DNA from: an uncultured delta proteobacterium
GTDB taxonomy: Bacteria > Myxococcota > Kuafuiibacteriia > Kuafuiibacteriales > Kuafuiibacteriaceae
Length of the DNA stretch: 64,000 bases
Reading direction: 5' to 3'
Assembly (NCBI GenBank): GCA_963803435.1
Contig: CAWDML010000001.1
Location: 2,240,001-2,304,000, forward strand
The notes below the pieces were generated by a model. It was not told where the DNA came from. It ran no database searches and saw nothing but the letters and a program-made list of their open reading frames with translations. A program made the position numbers and the translations under genes. How positions within the stretch are numbered: position 1 is the first letter of the stretch; each line of letters begins with the position of its first letter. Positions 50,001-61,779 of the stretch are shown here, piece by piece.

Positions 50001-50566
50001 TCCTCGTCCTGGTCCTCGGACCCCGGATCGGGATCGACGACGATGGCCGCCGCCACCGACGGCGACTTGGTGTCGACGGTCTCGGCGCGCCGGCCGACCA
50101 TGTCGGTGTAGAAGACGTCCTCGATGGCCGGCTGGGAGGGCGAGTCGATGAGCGTGGCGTCGTCGGGGATGGCCGGCTTGCGGTAGGCCCGGACCTCCTG
50201 CGTCTGGACGTCCCGCTGGGTCGACAGCTTGGGCACCGAGAGCGCGATCGTCGGGCTGCTCTCGTCGAGCACCTCGGCCAACAGGATGATCGTGTCGCCG
50301 ATGTAGATCCGATCGCCGGCGCGGATCTGGACCGGCTGCTGGATGGGACGCGACTTCGGATCGTTGACGCGCGTCCCCTGCTCGCTCCCCAGATCCCGAA
50401 GGATCAGGCCGTGCGCGGTCTCGGAGATCATGCAGTGATCGAGGCTCGCCTTCGGATCGACGAGCACCACCTGGTTCAGCGGACCCTTGCCGAGCCGCAC
50501 CGATGATTCGGAGACCTCGACGTCCTGCCCCTCGCAGGGACCGTTCTCGAAGCGAAGGACCAGCAT
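47024..50566 (-). CDS. Fusion protein: 3 FHA-like domains - TM - 7-heme cytochrome c - TM - 2x[4Fe-4S] ferredoxin - FAD/NAD(P)H oxidoreductase (TrxB/YpdA-like)
   Basis: CGACH, CERCH, CAQCH, CASCH, CAACH, CFGCH and CGQCH lie between two TM helices; CTGSGDCVEACP and CHECGICVDVC; GSGPAG, GGGDSA and YRQ. Confidence 0.9.
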   Translation of the reverse strand: MLVLRFENGPCEGQDVEVSESSVRLGKGPLNQVVLVDPKASLDHCMISETAHGLILRDLGSEQGTRVNDPKSRPIQQPVQIRAGDRIYIGDTIILLAEVLDESSPTIALSVPKLSTQRDVQTQEVRAYRKPAIPDDATLIDSPSQPAIEDVFYTDMVGRRAETVDTKSPSVAAAIVVDPDPGSEDQDEEFAQYGLPARLVFLSGPHNARRVFFDAGPITIGRGENNDVVIADPQVKLRSFRITKVGGSHRLEPIDDLPRLNGVGIPKVGAVLGHGQVITIGASEIEFLAPGVDTDAADAMETVVLKQPIFAFQGSVRKGESIVVGRDPDCEIFIDDQKVERKHAKIFFRMPVFHLAAIEGAPIYVDGARVVEIRLKNGDTATIGGHELRFEVQGYRVNIDFTPKAPDVDVPKYVKDVEVSSPFQTLVRLPGDFEIAKREDRQQVDREKLVWKEPHDVRRTWQLPLLVGTGVALALGVTGILMFDGGSSFLRRPISERHRSPEFARLVSEKFDSGTDSCGACHLQFRGPVDEQCERCHPGQKAALRPEHLALEALKDGACAQCHAEHPRERGVAALVNGQCASCHPDRHQKMKQVSAVVKKQEPPASAGVFPTANIRADLGLGGDESVALHRAHGTLARGCAACHAGGTGEREAPWGSCFGCHGPVKALDSKQCGQCHREHGEMWAKAAAEPLIPPSPAGTAMATLLLLFVPMGLIFFGHAAFKRRAAWEDKERESPLSIPSEVEPLKCDGVERGKAKRLPRLLGSRCTGSGDCVEACPYQVLEMEEKRPVLRSPELCHECGICVDVCGPGALMMWEPDKPLPMQPRPAIDPNYQTGVKGGDRGVYVIGEAAGKPLVKNGINVGFFTVHHMIHEGLAPGQAARAGVDYEVVIAGSGPAGISAAMTARQENLRYVLLEKRETFASTIQDYPKKKKLMESPPPPTPDYPQGVRLMGPLWIADTTREEAIARWSNDVSKLSIAYGESVIDIDPHGDGFAVKTKKGMFTCLRVILAPGTRGDPRRLGKPGDDLPKVRYRLIDAEEHNGHKVMVVGGGDSALEAAIQMAEVHGGSNQVCIVYRQDSFNKAKKGNREKIGELIKSGRVKAYFKANPEKVTEKTVVLDLGDEIENDYVYCMLGANPPTKWLESLGIKVVQKSIDWEPPPSDQPAFLQFTGTDDLKRQG

Positions 50567-52867
50567 CTACATCCTCAGATAGAACGACGCGACGGACACG
50601 ACGTGCACCACCGCCAGCGTCAGGAGCATTGCAGTGACGCCGACGTGGAGCGCCAACCAGTTCCGGCGGATCCGATAGAGGAATCGGACGGCCTCGATCT
50701 CCGAGAGACGCACCGCGTCCTTGGCCAGCGTCTCCAGCGGCGCCGCCAGGACCGGATCGCGGGGCAGGATCGCGTCGAGCGACTTCAGCACGCCCGCCTC
50801 GGTGGCGGGTGGATCGTACCCGGACGACAGGCAGGCCATCGGGCTCCCGGCCGCCTTGATCGCCGAAGCTGCGATCTTCCGGTGCGCGGGATCGGCCTGC
50901 GCCAGCACCAGCTCGCTTCGCCGCTCCAGGAGCTCGGCCCGCTCCTCGAGCACGTCCTCCTCCACCTGCGACCCGCGCTCGAGCTTGGTGATCCGCTTGG
51001 GCCACCACTTGTAGAACACGATCCCGAACAGCCCGGTCGCGATCTCGGTGGAGAGGAGGAACCAGAGCATCGACGTGACGAAGCCCCCGAGTGACAGCCG
51101 TGAGTGCAGCGCCACCGCCAGCAGCGCCAGCACGCCGATCGCGACGTGCGCCCGGGCCCACAGATAGAACGGCCCGCCCTGCGCCCGGCCGCCCCGCCCG
51201 TCCTGGCCGCCCCGGTCCGGGTGCGGCGGCGCCTTCGGCCAGCGGTTGACCCGCCGGCGCGCCGCCAACCCGGTGGCCGCCAGCATGAAGCCGAACGCGC
51301 AGACGCCGAACAGCGTCCCGATCGGCGTGAACGGGAGCAGCGGATCGGCGATCAGCGCCAGCACCATCATCGCCGCCGCGATCAACGCGGTGACGCCCCA
51401 GATGATCGGCCGGGAGAGATCCTGCCGCTTCTCGCTCTCGGTGGCGGAGAACGCCTTGCGCACGCCGGAGGTCCTGAGCGCGTTCTGCACCTCCGGGAAG
51501 TAGGCCACCGGATCGACGCGGAGGATCGCGCGCGTCGGGCAGTTGTTCACACAGTTGGCCTCGTCGTAGCCGAAGCAGAGGTCGCACTTGCTGGCGATCT
51601 TCGGCGTGGCCAGATCGCCCACGAAGCGGTTGGGCGTGGGGACCATGGTGATGTTGTCCCAGGGGCAGCGGATCGCACAGTTGCTGCAGCCGATGCAGAA
51701 GTCGTGGATTGCGACCTCGCCCGTGGGCTTGCGATGGATCGCGCCGGTGGGGCACCCGATCATGCACTCGGGCGTCTCACAGTGCCGGCAGGAGGACGGG
51801 ATCAGGATCGCCTGGTTCGCGTACTCGGGCCCGCGCACCAGCTTCTTCCCGCGCCGGGTCATCTTCGCGTAGCCGTGGCGGGCCTCGCAGGCCCGTGTGC
51901 AGTTTCCGCAGCGGATGCAGAGACCCAGATCGATGGTGAGCAGCGAGCGCGCCTGCTGGACCGAGTCCGAGAGCAGGTGGGGGATGAAGCTGTTCTCGGA
52001 CACCACCGCGCTGGCGGCGTCGACCGCCTTGTCGAACTGAGCGGACCACGGCACCGCCTCGCCGCGGGCGTTGGTGAACCGGAAGCGGGCGTCGACCATC
52101 TGCCGGACCTCCTCGAACACCGGCCGCGCGATCTCGACGTAGTCCACGAACTCGAGCGCGGTCAGCGTCCCGGGCCGCGAGCCGATGTCCGCCAGACCGA
52201 TCACGTCGCCGGAGGAGAAGTAGGCCAGCACCGAGGTACCGACCTCCTTCTTGCGCTCGAGCTGACAGCTGCCGGCCTTCAGGATCAGGACCGTGTTGGC
52301 GAGGTCGTTCTCCTTGAAGAGGGCGTCGCCGCGGGGGACGGACTCCAGGGTGGCGTCCTGGACCAGCATCTTCTTCTCCTGGTCGGTCAGGGCGGCGAAG
52401 CCGGAGTGCTGGTTGAGGAAGGTGTCGATCGAGCGCCGCTCGAAGGTCTGCTCGAGGCGCGAGAGGACGCCCTCCTCGGCGTTGTCGAGCTTCTCGATCG
52501 TGATCTTCTCGATCTCGAGCACCACGCTGCGGAAGCGGGCGATGACGGTGGCGGAGCGTCGAGTCCGGCCCAGGATCGCGCCCTCGCCGATGTACGTACC
52601 GGGCTTGCTGAGCGTGGCCAGCTCGATCGGCGTCCCTTCGGACGAGATCGCCTGCACGCCGACGCTGCCGGCCAGGAGCACGAACATGCTGTGCCCGTGA
52701 TCGCCCTCGCGGACGATCTTCTCGCCCGCCTCGTAGCTCCTGAGGAAGCCGTCCTCGATCAGCTTGAGGCGGCGCTTCTGCGAGACCTTGCTGAGGAACG
52801 GTACCTCGCGGAGGATCTCGGCGATGTCGGCAGCCGCGAGCTGCGTCGACATCCCGATCGTCATCAT
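50567..52867 (-). CDS. Fusion protein: 2 cNMP-binding domains - 4x[4Fe-4S] (DmsB/NrfC-like) - ferric-reductase-like di-heme-b membrane domain
   Basis: IGEGAILGRTRRSATV phosphate-binding cassette; four Cys clusters (CIRCGNCTRAC, CRHCETPECMIGCP, CIGCSNCAIRCP, CDLC..CVNNCP); two TM H-x13-H pairs. Confidence 0.88.
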   Translation of the reverse strand: MMTIGMSTQLAAADIAEILREVPFLSKVSQKRRLKLIEDGFLRSYEAGEKIVREGDHGHSMFVLLAGSVGVQAISSEGTPIELATLSKPGTYIGEGAILGRTRRSATVIARFRSVVLEIEKITIEKLDNAEEGVLSRLEQTFERRSIDTFLNQHSGFAALTDQEKKMLVQDATLESVPRGDALFKENDLANTVLILKAGSCQLERKKEVGTSVLAYFSSGDVIGLADIGSRPGTLTALEFVDYVEIARPVFEEVRQMVDARFRFTNARGEAVPWSAQFDKAVDAASAVVSENSFIPHLLSDSVQQARSLLTIDLGLCIRCGNCTRACEARHGYAKMTRRGKKLVRGPEYANQAILIPSSCRHCETPECMIGCPTGAIHRKPTGEVAIHDFCIGCSNCAIRCPWDNITMVPTPNRFVGDLATPKIASKCDLCFGYDEANCVNNCPTRAILRVDPVAYFPEVQNALRTSGVRKAFSATESEKRQDLSRPIIWGVTALIAAAMMVLALIADPLLPFTPIGTLFGVCAFGFMLAATGLAARRRVNRWPKAPPHPDRGGQDGRGGRAQGGPFYLWARAHVAIGVLALLAVALHSRLSLGGFVTSMLWFLLSTEIATGLFGIVFYKWWPKRITKLERGSQVEEDVLEERAELLERRSELVLAQADPAHRKIAASAIKAAGSPMACLSSGYDPPATEAGVLKSLDAILPRDPVLAAPLETLAKDAVRLSEIEAVRFLYRIRRNWLALHVGVTAMLLTLAVVHVVSVASFYLRM

Positions 52868-52878
52868 GACATCGGCGC

Positions 52879-53715
52879 TCACCGCAGCGGCCCTCCCTTG
52901 AACACGTGCCAAGCGGGGAGCGTGGACACGCTCGACATGCAGGCATCCTGGTGACACTTGTTGCAGTCGCCCGCCAGCGACACCTTGGCCCGTCCACCCG
53001 GCTTGTGGCAGGGACCGCAGGCGGTGGTCATGGTCTTGCGCCCCTGCGTCAGCACCAGCTCGGAGACGGACTCCGCCGCCTTGACGGTCGAATGACACTG
53101 CTCGCAGGTCAGCTTGCGGCCGTCGAGCTTCTGCGCCAGGTGCACCGGGTGCTTGTCCTTGAACGCGAGCGTCACTCGGCAGGGCGCGGGGTTGCCGATC
53201 GGACCGACCGGCCGGGCGTTGCCGTTCTTGTCGTAGCGCGGGTGATGACAGCCGGCGCAGTCGGTCATCGTCGGTTTCTGGTTGAGGTGACAGTCGAGGC
53301 AGGGCGCGTGACGGACCCGATCCTCCTTGCTCTTGTGGCAGAGATCGCAGCCGAGCTTGGTATCTTTCGAGTCCGTGTGCCGCTGATGCGAGATGTCGGC
53401 GTAGAACCAGGGGGAGATCGGTGGAAAGGGAACGAAGTCCGCGTTGACCCCCCGCGTCTTGGTCACGTGACACACGAGGCAGACCGTGGTGGTCTCGTAC
53501 GTCTTCGGGTCGTAGAAGTCCTTCACATGGCAAGCGTCGCCATCGCAGCGTTGGTGCGTCCCCGAGCCGGACGGGGGGACCGAGTCGGCCTCGGGGCCCG
53601 CCGTGTGGCAGGTGAGGCATTCGCCGGCCTCCACCTTCGGGTGGGTCCGATGGAAGGTGGGCATTTGACCGAGCGCCCCCAGGGCGACGGCGATGAGCGG
53701 CGTCGAAACCAGCAT
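52879..53715 (-). CDS. Periplasmic multiheme cytochrome c, 8 CxxCH + 1 CxxxxCH
   Basis: Signal peptide; three triheme modules; CDGDACH is the second motif. Confidence 0.9.
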   Translation of the reverse strand: MLVSTPLIAVALGALGQMPTFHRTHPKVEAGECLTCHTAGPEADSVPPSGSGTHQRCDGDACHVKDFYDPKTYETTTVCLVCHVTKTRGVNADFVPFPPISPWFYADISHQRHTDSKDTKLGCDLCHKSKEDRVRHAPCLDCHLNQKPTMTDCAGCHHPRYDKNGNARPVGPIGNPAPCRVTLAFKDKHPVHLAQKLDGRKLTCEQCHSTVKAAESVSELVLTQGRKTMTTACGPCHKPGGRAKVSLAGDCNKCHQDACMSSVSTLPAWHVFKGGPLR

Positions 53716-53795
53716 CCGGGCGGGAGATTCGTCACGGGCATGGGAGTTTCTGTCAAGACGGGGCGCTCGCTATACTCCCCGCGGTCGCAGGCCTG

Positions 53796-55004
53796 ATGCA
53801 CTGTCCCATCTGCAAGCAGTCGTTCGGCAAGGGGGTGAAGCGCTGCCCCCTGCACGGTGCTCGGCTCGTCGACACCGCGGATCAGGTGGATAGGCCTCCG
53901 CCTGCGCCGGTGGTGGACGAGGAGGAGGATGCCACCGAGCACCCTACGATCACCGGTCCGCCTCTGATTTTGTCCGGATCGATCGGACGCAGGTACAAGA
54001 TGCGCTTCATCGCCGATCAGCAGATCGGCGAAGGTGCGATGGGCATCGTCTATCGGGGTCGCGACCTCTCGAAGAGCCCGCCCGCGGTGGTCGCGATCAA
54101 GGTGCTCAAGGCGCAGGAGTCGGACGAGCTCGGGCTCGAAGCGCGCTTCAAGCGGGAAGCGATGCTCGTGAGCAAGCTCGATCATCCGAACACGATCCAC
54201 TTCGTCGACTGGGGCGCCGAGCCGGACGGGACCCTGTTCTTGGTCACCGAGCTCCTCGCCGGCCAGCCCCTCGATCGGCTCCTGGAGGCGAACCCGAACG
54301 GAATCGGCGAAGATCGCACGCTCGACATCATCGACCAGGTCGCGGCGTCCCTGGCGGACGCGCACGCCAAAGGGGTGGTTCACCGCGATGTGAAGCCTGC
54401 GAACGTGTTCGTCGACGGCGCGCGGGCGAAGCTCCTCGACTTCGGGATCGCGCGGATCGCGTTCAATGGGATGGAGCTCTCCCAGACGTTCGCGGCGAAG
54501 ACCCGGACCGGGATGGCGATGTTCACGCCGATGTATTGCTCGCCGGAGCAGGCGGTCGGCGACGAGCTCGACCATCGCTCGGACATCTACAGCCTGGGCG
54601 TGGTCGCCTATCACTGCCTCACCGGAAAGACGCCGTTCAAGGGCGGGCTCGCCGGGCTGATCGAGGCGCACCTCTCGAAGGATCCACCGCCGATCAAGGA
54701 GCGGGCGCCCGAGGCGAAGGTCATGTACGCGACCGAGATGCTGGTGCGTCGGATGCTGGCGAAGCGCCCCGAGCAGCGCCCGCAGGACGCCGGCGAGATC
54801 CGCGCCGCCATCGCCGAGATCCGCGGCGACGCCAAGCCGACGCGGCTCGACCTCAAGCTGGTGCGCAAGGCGGCCCGGCCGGATCCCGCGCCGGCGGCGA
54901 CGCAGAAGATGCCGCGCTGGTTCCTGCCGGTGATGGGCGTCGGCCTGCTCCTCGTGGGCTATGTGGTGCTCCGAGCGCTCCTGCTCGCCCTGCGGGCGTC
55001 GTGA
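53796..55004 (+). CDS. Ser/Thr protein kinase with N-terminal Zn-ribbon and C-terminal TM helix
   Basis: CPIC..CPLH; GEGAMG, VAIK, HRDVKPAN, DFG and SPEQ; TATACT at 53771-53776 upstream. Confidence 0.93.
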   Translation: MHCPICKQSFGKGVKRCPLHGARLVDTADQVDRPPPAPVVDEEEDATEHPTITGPPLILSGSIGRRYKMRFIADQQIGEGAMGIVYRGRDLSKSPPAVVAIKVLKAQESDELGLEARFKREAMLVSKLDHPNTIHFVDWGAEPDGTLFLVTELLAGQPLDRLLEANPNGIGEDRTLDIIDQVAASLADAHAKGVVHRDVKPANVFVDGARAKLLDFGIARIAFNGMELSQTFAAKTRTGMAMFTPMYCSPEQAVGDELDHRSDIYSLGVVAYHCLTGKTPFKGGLAGLIEAHLSKDPPPIKERAPEAKVMYATEMLVRRMLAKRPEQRPQDAGEIRAAIAEIRGDAKPTRLDLKLVRKAARPDPAPAATQKMPRWFLPVMGVGLLLVGYVVLRALLLALRAS

Positions 55005-55122
55005 CCCCCGCGCAGCTTTCTGTTGACCTCGGACCGACACGAGTGGCTCTGTCAGTGCGCTGGCGGGGGTGTGAGCTTTTTGCCTCCGGACTACCACTGA
55101 AAGTGGTGCCTTTTTGTCGACC

Positions 55123-55138
55123 CCACAACATTTTGTGG
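55123..55138. promoter_or_regulatory. NrdR box upstream of nrdJ
   Basis: CCACAACATTTTGTGG fits the 16-bp NrdR palindrome; a weaker palindrome CCACTGAAAGTGG lies about 30 bp upstream and TTGACA at 55147-55152. Confidence 0.7.
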
Positions 55139-55319
55139 TCGGCAACTTGACATCGGACACGGAAAGACTGATGGTGCGCGAACGCGCTTTTCGGACGGAT
55201 GTGATCCATCCACCGTTCTTGGGAGGCGCGCGAGGGCAGCTCTAAGTCTTTCGGAGGAAGTCGGCATGCAGGTAGGGGAGAATACGAACGTCCGGACGAT
55301 TCGTCAGCAAGGGGGGAGC

Positions 55320-58061
<2,742 letters not shown>

Positions 58062-58177
58062 GAGCCGGTCCGAAGACCTCCGGACCGTTCCGCGTTTCCT
58101 GTTTCGCTCGTTCTGCTCATTCGCTATTCAAAGCGGCCGTTGTTGCATCGTGCTCGATCGAGTGTTCTGCAGAGTCG

Positions 58178-58490
58178 ATGCAGGCAAGATTCGCAAGTCT
58201 TCCGGACGCCCTGTGGAAACGCATTGAGCCGTGACTCCCGAAGCGAGGTCCAAGGCCGCGGGGAGGTCGCCCGCGGGTTGCGGATCGCGTCGTGACGGCA
58301 GGTATCGTCTATCGCCTTCGGACAGGGTGCCAGTGGAAGGCCCTGCCGCGCGAGTTCAGCTCCGGTTCGACGTGCCACAGTCGATTGGCGGCATGGTGCG
58401 CAGCAGGGATCTTCACCGCGATCTTCGCTGAGCTGCTGCGGTACTACGACAGGAGGCGCGGCCTACAGTGGAAGTGGACTTCACTCGACC
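58178..58490 (+). pseudogene. Truncated IS5-family transposase (DUF4096-type N-terminus)
   Basis: LPDALWKRIEP*LPKR...GGRPRVADR...GIVYRLRTGCQWKALP..F.SGSTCHSR; internal TGA at 58232; the sequence breaks off at SLD. Confidence 0.88.
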
Positions 58491-58500
58491 TAATTCCCAC

Positions 58501-59127
58501 CTACGCGAGGTGACGCGCGTACCGCGCAAACCAGAACGGATAGACCTGCACGTGCTCGGTCCCCGGGATCCGAGCCAGCAGGCGGCGCGCAGCCCGGGCG
58601 TCGAACAGCGCCGGCCCGATCTCGGGTGGGAGCACCGCCAGGCGCGCGTGCGTGAGCTCGCAGCCGAACGGGTGGGCGCGGGCTGAGTCCCAGGTCGACC
58701 CGAACGTGCGCGCGTTCAGCTCGCGGGCGGAATAGACGCCGCAGCGACCGTCGGCGAGGAGCAGCGGGCAGCGGAACTTCACGCGCGCCGCCACCTCGTC
58801 GCGCTCGTCGCCGCCCGGCAGGATCTCGAGCAGATCGAGCTCGTCTTCGAAGCGCTCGGCGAGCGCCCGCATCTCGGCGATCAGGATCGCCCGCTCGGCG
58901 GCGCTGCGGTGCGCGAAGAGGTGCGCAGCCACCATCAGGAACTCCGGCGCGGAGAGGAACACCGACTCGTGGCAGCAGGCGTCGCAACCGGCCCGGCACG
59001 GGAGCTCGAGCCCGGCGCTGGCGCGTCCGACCTCGCGATCGATCTCGTCGTAGAGCCCGCGGAGCGCTTCGAGCACCGGTTCGGGCTCGCCGAGCCCGAG
59101 GGCCTGGCTGAGCCCCAAGAGGGTCAC
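58501..59127 (-). CDS. YkgJ-family (CxxCxxCC) cysteine-cluster protein
   Basis: CRAGCDACC and CPLL..DGRCGVYSAR motifs. Confidence 0.88.
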   Translation of the reverse strand: MTLLGLSQALGLGEPEPVLEALRGLYDEIDREVGRASAGLELPCRAGCDACCHESVFLSAPEFLMVAAHLFAHRSAAERAILIAEMRALAERFEDELDLLEILPGGDERDEVAARVKFRCPLLLADGRCGVYSARELNARTFGSTWDSARAHPFGCELTHARLAVLPPEIGPALFDARAARRLLARIPGTEHVQVYPFWFARYARHLA

Positions 59128-59582
59128 GGACGGCCGCCGACCGGCACCACCATCGAGTCGCCGTCGGCGCGGATTTGGAGCTGCTGGGGACGATACGAGT
59201 CGCCCGGCGTCGATCCGCCGGCGTCGCGGAACTCGCGGTTGACCTCGAACCCGCGCAGCCCGGGCGCGATCGAGGGCACCTTGAGCACGTAGCGCCGGTC
59301 GAGCGTCAGCGTCACGTCATCGAGCTGGTCGCCGCTCTCGTTGCGGAGGATCAGCATGTTCGACGGAAAGCTCTGCTCGAACCAGACGTCGACGTCGATC
59401 GGGCGTCCGCCCACCATGGTCACGAACGCCACGGTGGCGAGGAGGTCGACCAGCAGGATGGCGATGATCCAGATGCGCATCTTCGCGAAGCGCCCGGCCC
59501 CCTCGTACGCCTCCCGCGTCGATCGCAGAAACTCGAGCGTGCTCCGGATGCCCTCGAGCAGCTGGCCCTTGAACGCGCTCAT
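59124..59582 (-). CDS. Hypothetical single-pass membrane protein
   Basis: One TM helix; overlaps both neighbours in an operon. Confidence 0.7.
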   Translation of the reverse strand: MSAFKGQLLEGIRSTLEFLRSTREAYEGAGRFAKMRIWIIAILLVDLLATVAFVTMVGGRPIDVDVWFEQSFPSNMLILRNESGDQLDDVTLTLDRRYVLKVPSIAPGLRGFEVNREFRDAGGSTPGDSYRPQQLQIRADGDSMVVPVGGRP

Positions 59583-60454
59583 CAGAAGACTCCGCCGATC
59601 GATAACATCATAGGGTCGGCGCTCTCGCCAGACGAGGCCGACCGCGCGTGGAAGGCGGGGATCGTGAGGCCTGCCGCGATCCCGAGGACGGCGCCCGCGA
59701 AGACGTCGGTGAGGTAGTGCTTGCCGCCCTGCACGCGCAGGTAGGCGACGAGGCCCGCTGTCAGATAGGCGACGCTCCCGGAGACCCAGGTGATCGGCGC
59801 GTTGCCGTGGCGCGCCGCCGCGGAGAACGCGATCAGCGACGCCGAGGCGAAGGCGAGCGAGGTGTGCCCGGAGGGAAACGACAACCGGGCGTCGCCCCCG
59901 AAGCGCTCGAGCTTCGGGTGACGCCCGCTGTATGTGTAGGGACGCGGGCGCTTCACCATCAGCTTCAGGAGGTTGGTGGCGAGCAGCGTGGCGCCCTGGG
60001 TCTCGGCGGCGATGAGCGCGTCCTCGCCGAAGCGGAGGCCCGGCCGATCGGCGCCGGTGGTGAACACGTCCGCGACCGCGTACCCGTACGGCGCCAGCGC
60101 CAGGGTCAACACGGCGAGGTCGCTGCCCAAGCGCGCGGAGGGCGAGCCGAGATCGCTCACAAAGCGCTCGAAGACGCTCACGCTGTCGTTCTCGCAGAGG
60201 CCCTCCTCCTCTCCCAGGCGCTCGAAGGCCGCCCGCTCCTCGGCCGTCGGCGATCGCCCCTCACGGCCGCACGGCGTCAGCCCGTTCCAACGCGCTTTCT
60301 CCGAGTCGATCAGGATCGCGATCCCGATCATCGCGGCGGTCCCCACGCCGTCGATCAACGGATCGACTCGATAGACCGAACCCTGGGGCTCCGCACGAAC
60401 GGGCCGCGGCACGAAGAGAAGCGCGGGGAGGATCAGGAGGAGCGGCGCCCTCAT
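59582..60454 (-). CDS. PAP2-family phosphatase
   Basis: KLMVKRPRP, SFPSGH and RVQGGKHYLTD motifs; signal peptide. Confidence 0.92.
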   Translation of the reverse strand: MRAPLLLILPALLFVPRPVRAEPQGSVYRVDPLIDGVGTAAMIGIAILIDSEKARWNGLTPCGREGRSPTAEERAAFERLGEEEGLCENDSVSVFERFVSDLGSPSARLGSDLAVLTLALAPYGYAVADVFTTGADRPGLRFGEDALIAAETQGATLLATNLLKLMVKRPRPYTYSGRHPKLERFGGDARLSFPSGHTSLAFASASLIAFSAAARHGNAPITWVSGSVAYLTAGLVAYLRVQGGKHYLTDVFAGAVLGIAAGLTIPAFHARSASSGESADPMMLSIGGVF

Positions 60455-61239
60455 CGAATCGGGACCGTGGACGTCCGGGTGCCCGCGGCGCGATCGAGGC
60501 TCTCCTTGGCGTGCTTCATCGGCGGGAGGTCCCAGCCCTCCGAGAAGACCGGATCCTTTGCGATCTTCTCCGGGTGGGCGACACCGCCCTCGAGCACGCG
60601 CGCGAGGTGCTGCGCCGTGTCCGCCCAGCGACCGCGCCGGGCCGCGAGACGGGCGAAGCCGTACTCGGCGAGCGATTCCTGATCGTGCGTGAGGAGGCGC
60701 GTGAACTCGCGCTCCGCCTCGTCGAGCTCACCCAGATCGACCAGAAGGCTGCCGAGCGCAAACCGAGCCGCATGAAAGTCGGGGTCGACCTCGAGCGCCC
60801 GAAGCTGGAGCTGCTTCGCCTTCACCAGGTCACCCTGCTTCTGGTAGAGGCCGCCCAGCGCGTTGAGCGCGAACGTGTCCTTGGGTTCGAGCGTGACGGT
60901 CTCCTCCAGGAGCCGGATCGCGTCGTGGGTGTTGTTGGCGCTGGTCAGCGCGATCGCGAGCTTGTGACGCGCCGACATCGCCTTGGTCTCGAGCGCGATC
61001 GCCTTCCGGTAGCGCTCGATGGCCGCGTCGTAGTCCTCGCGCTCGAACGCGACGTTGCCGAGACCCTCCCAGGCCGCCGCGTTCTTGGGATCGACGTCGG
61101 CCGCCGCCTGGTAGTGCTTCTCGGCCGACGCGAGGTCGCCGCTCTTGAAGAAGACGTGAGCCTTCCGGAGATTCTCCTCACCCTTCTGGCATCCGGTCAG
61201 GGCGACTCCGAGGATCACGACGGTCAGCCACCGTCTCAT
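60451..61239 (-). CDS. TPR lipoprotein
   Basis: Lipobox LTGC; TPRs (AWEGLGNV, ALNALGGL, ARFALGSL). Confidence 0.88.
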   Translation of the reverse strand: MRRWLTVVILGVALTGCQKGEENLRKAHVFFKSGDLASAEKHYQAAADVDPKNAAAWEGLGNVAFEREDYDAAIERYRKAIALETKAMSARHKLAIALTSANNTHDAIRLLEETVTLEPKDTFALNALGGLYQKQGDLVKAKQLQLRALEVDPDFHAARFALGSLLVDLGELDEAEREFTRLLTHDQESLAEYGFARLAARRGRWADTAQHLARVLEGGVAHPEKIAKDPVFSEGWDLPPMKHAKESLDRAAGTRTSTVPIR

Positions 61240-61243
61240 GTCC

Positions 61244-61777
61244 TCATTCCTCGCCGCCGCGGCTCAACTCGATCAAGTTGTAAGAGTTGGATCCGTGGTT
61301 CCGCACGTGGAAAACGATGTTGGCACCGGCCGGAGCATCGAAGTCGGCGGTGAAGCGGGGCGACAACAGTTCGCTGGGCGAGGGGATCGGGATCTCGCGC
61401 TCGAGGATGGTCCGGCCGTCGATCGTGAGGGCCATGGTGGCGGTGGAGGCCTCCAGCGCCACCAGCTGGAAGTGCCAGATCCGGATGTGAACGAGGTCGC
61501 CGCGCTCCACCTCGGCCAGCGCCGGCTGCTCCAGGGTCACGTACGCGCAATCCTGGGCGTTGATCCCGAGCGTCGGCTCGCCGCCCAGGTCCTCCAGCCC
61601 GAAGGCCGTCGGCGGACACGCGTCCGGGCCGGGCCGGAAGGCGTCGTAAGGATCGCGCTCGGGCGGCACCACGCTCCACTTCGCCGGCGACACCACGTCG
61701 GCCAGCTCCTTGGGCGGATGGCAGCCGGGCAGCCCGAGGGCCACCCACAGCGAGAGCGCGGGAAGGCCGAGACGCAC
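61244..61777 (-). CDS. Hypothetical lipoprotein
   Basis: GTG start 2 nt after the upstream stop; lipobox LPGC; C-terminal FHVRNHGSNSY. Confidence 0.7.
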   Translation of the reverse strand: MRLGLPALSLWVALGLPGCHPPKELADVVSPAKWSVVPPERDPYDAFRPGPDACPPTAFGLEDLGGEPTLGINAQDCAYVTLEQPALAEVERGDLVHIRIWHFQLVALEASTATMALTIDGRTILEREIPIPSPSELLSPRFTADFDAPAGANIVFHVRNHGSNSYNLIELSRGGEE

Positions 61778-61779
61778 GG

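Noticed and set aside
42116-51767. Very long alternative-frame ORFs (1207 aa at 42116-45739, 1654 aa at 46803-51767, and others)
   Set aside because: They are Arg/Gly/Ala-rich, have no motifs and overlap well-supported genes; expected in high-GC DNA.
55005-55319. Cobalamin riboswitch or ncRNA upstream of nrdJ
   Set aside because: No recognisable B12-box or conserved core; the region is explained by a promoter and an NrdR box.
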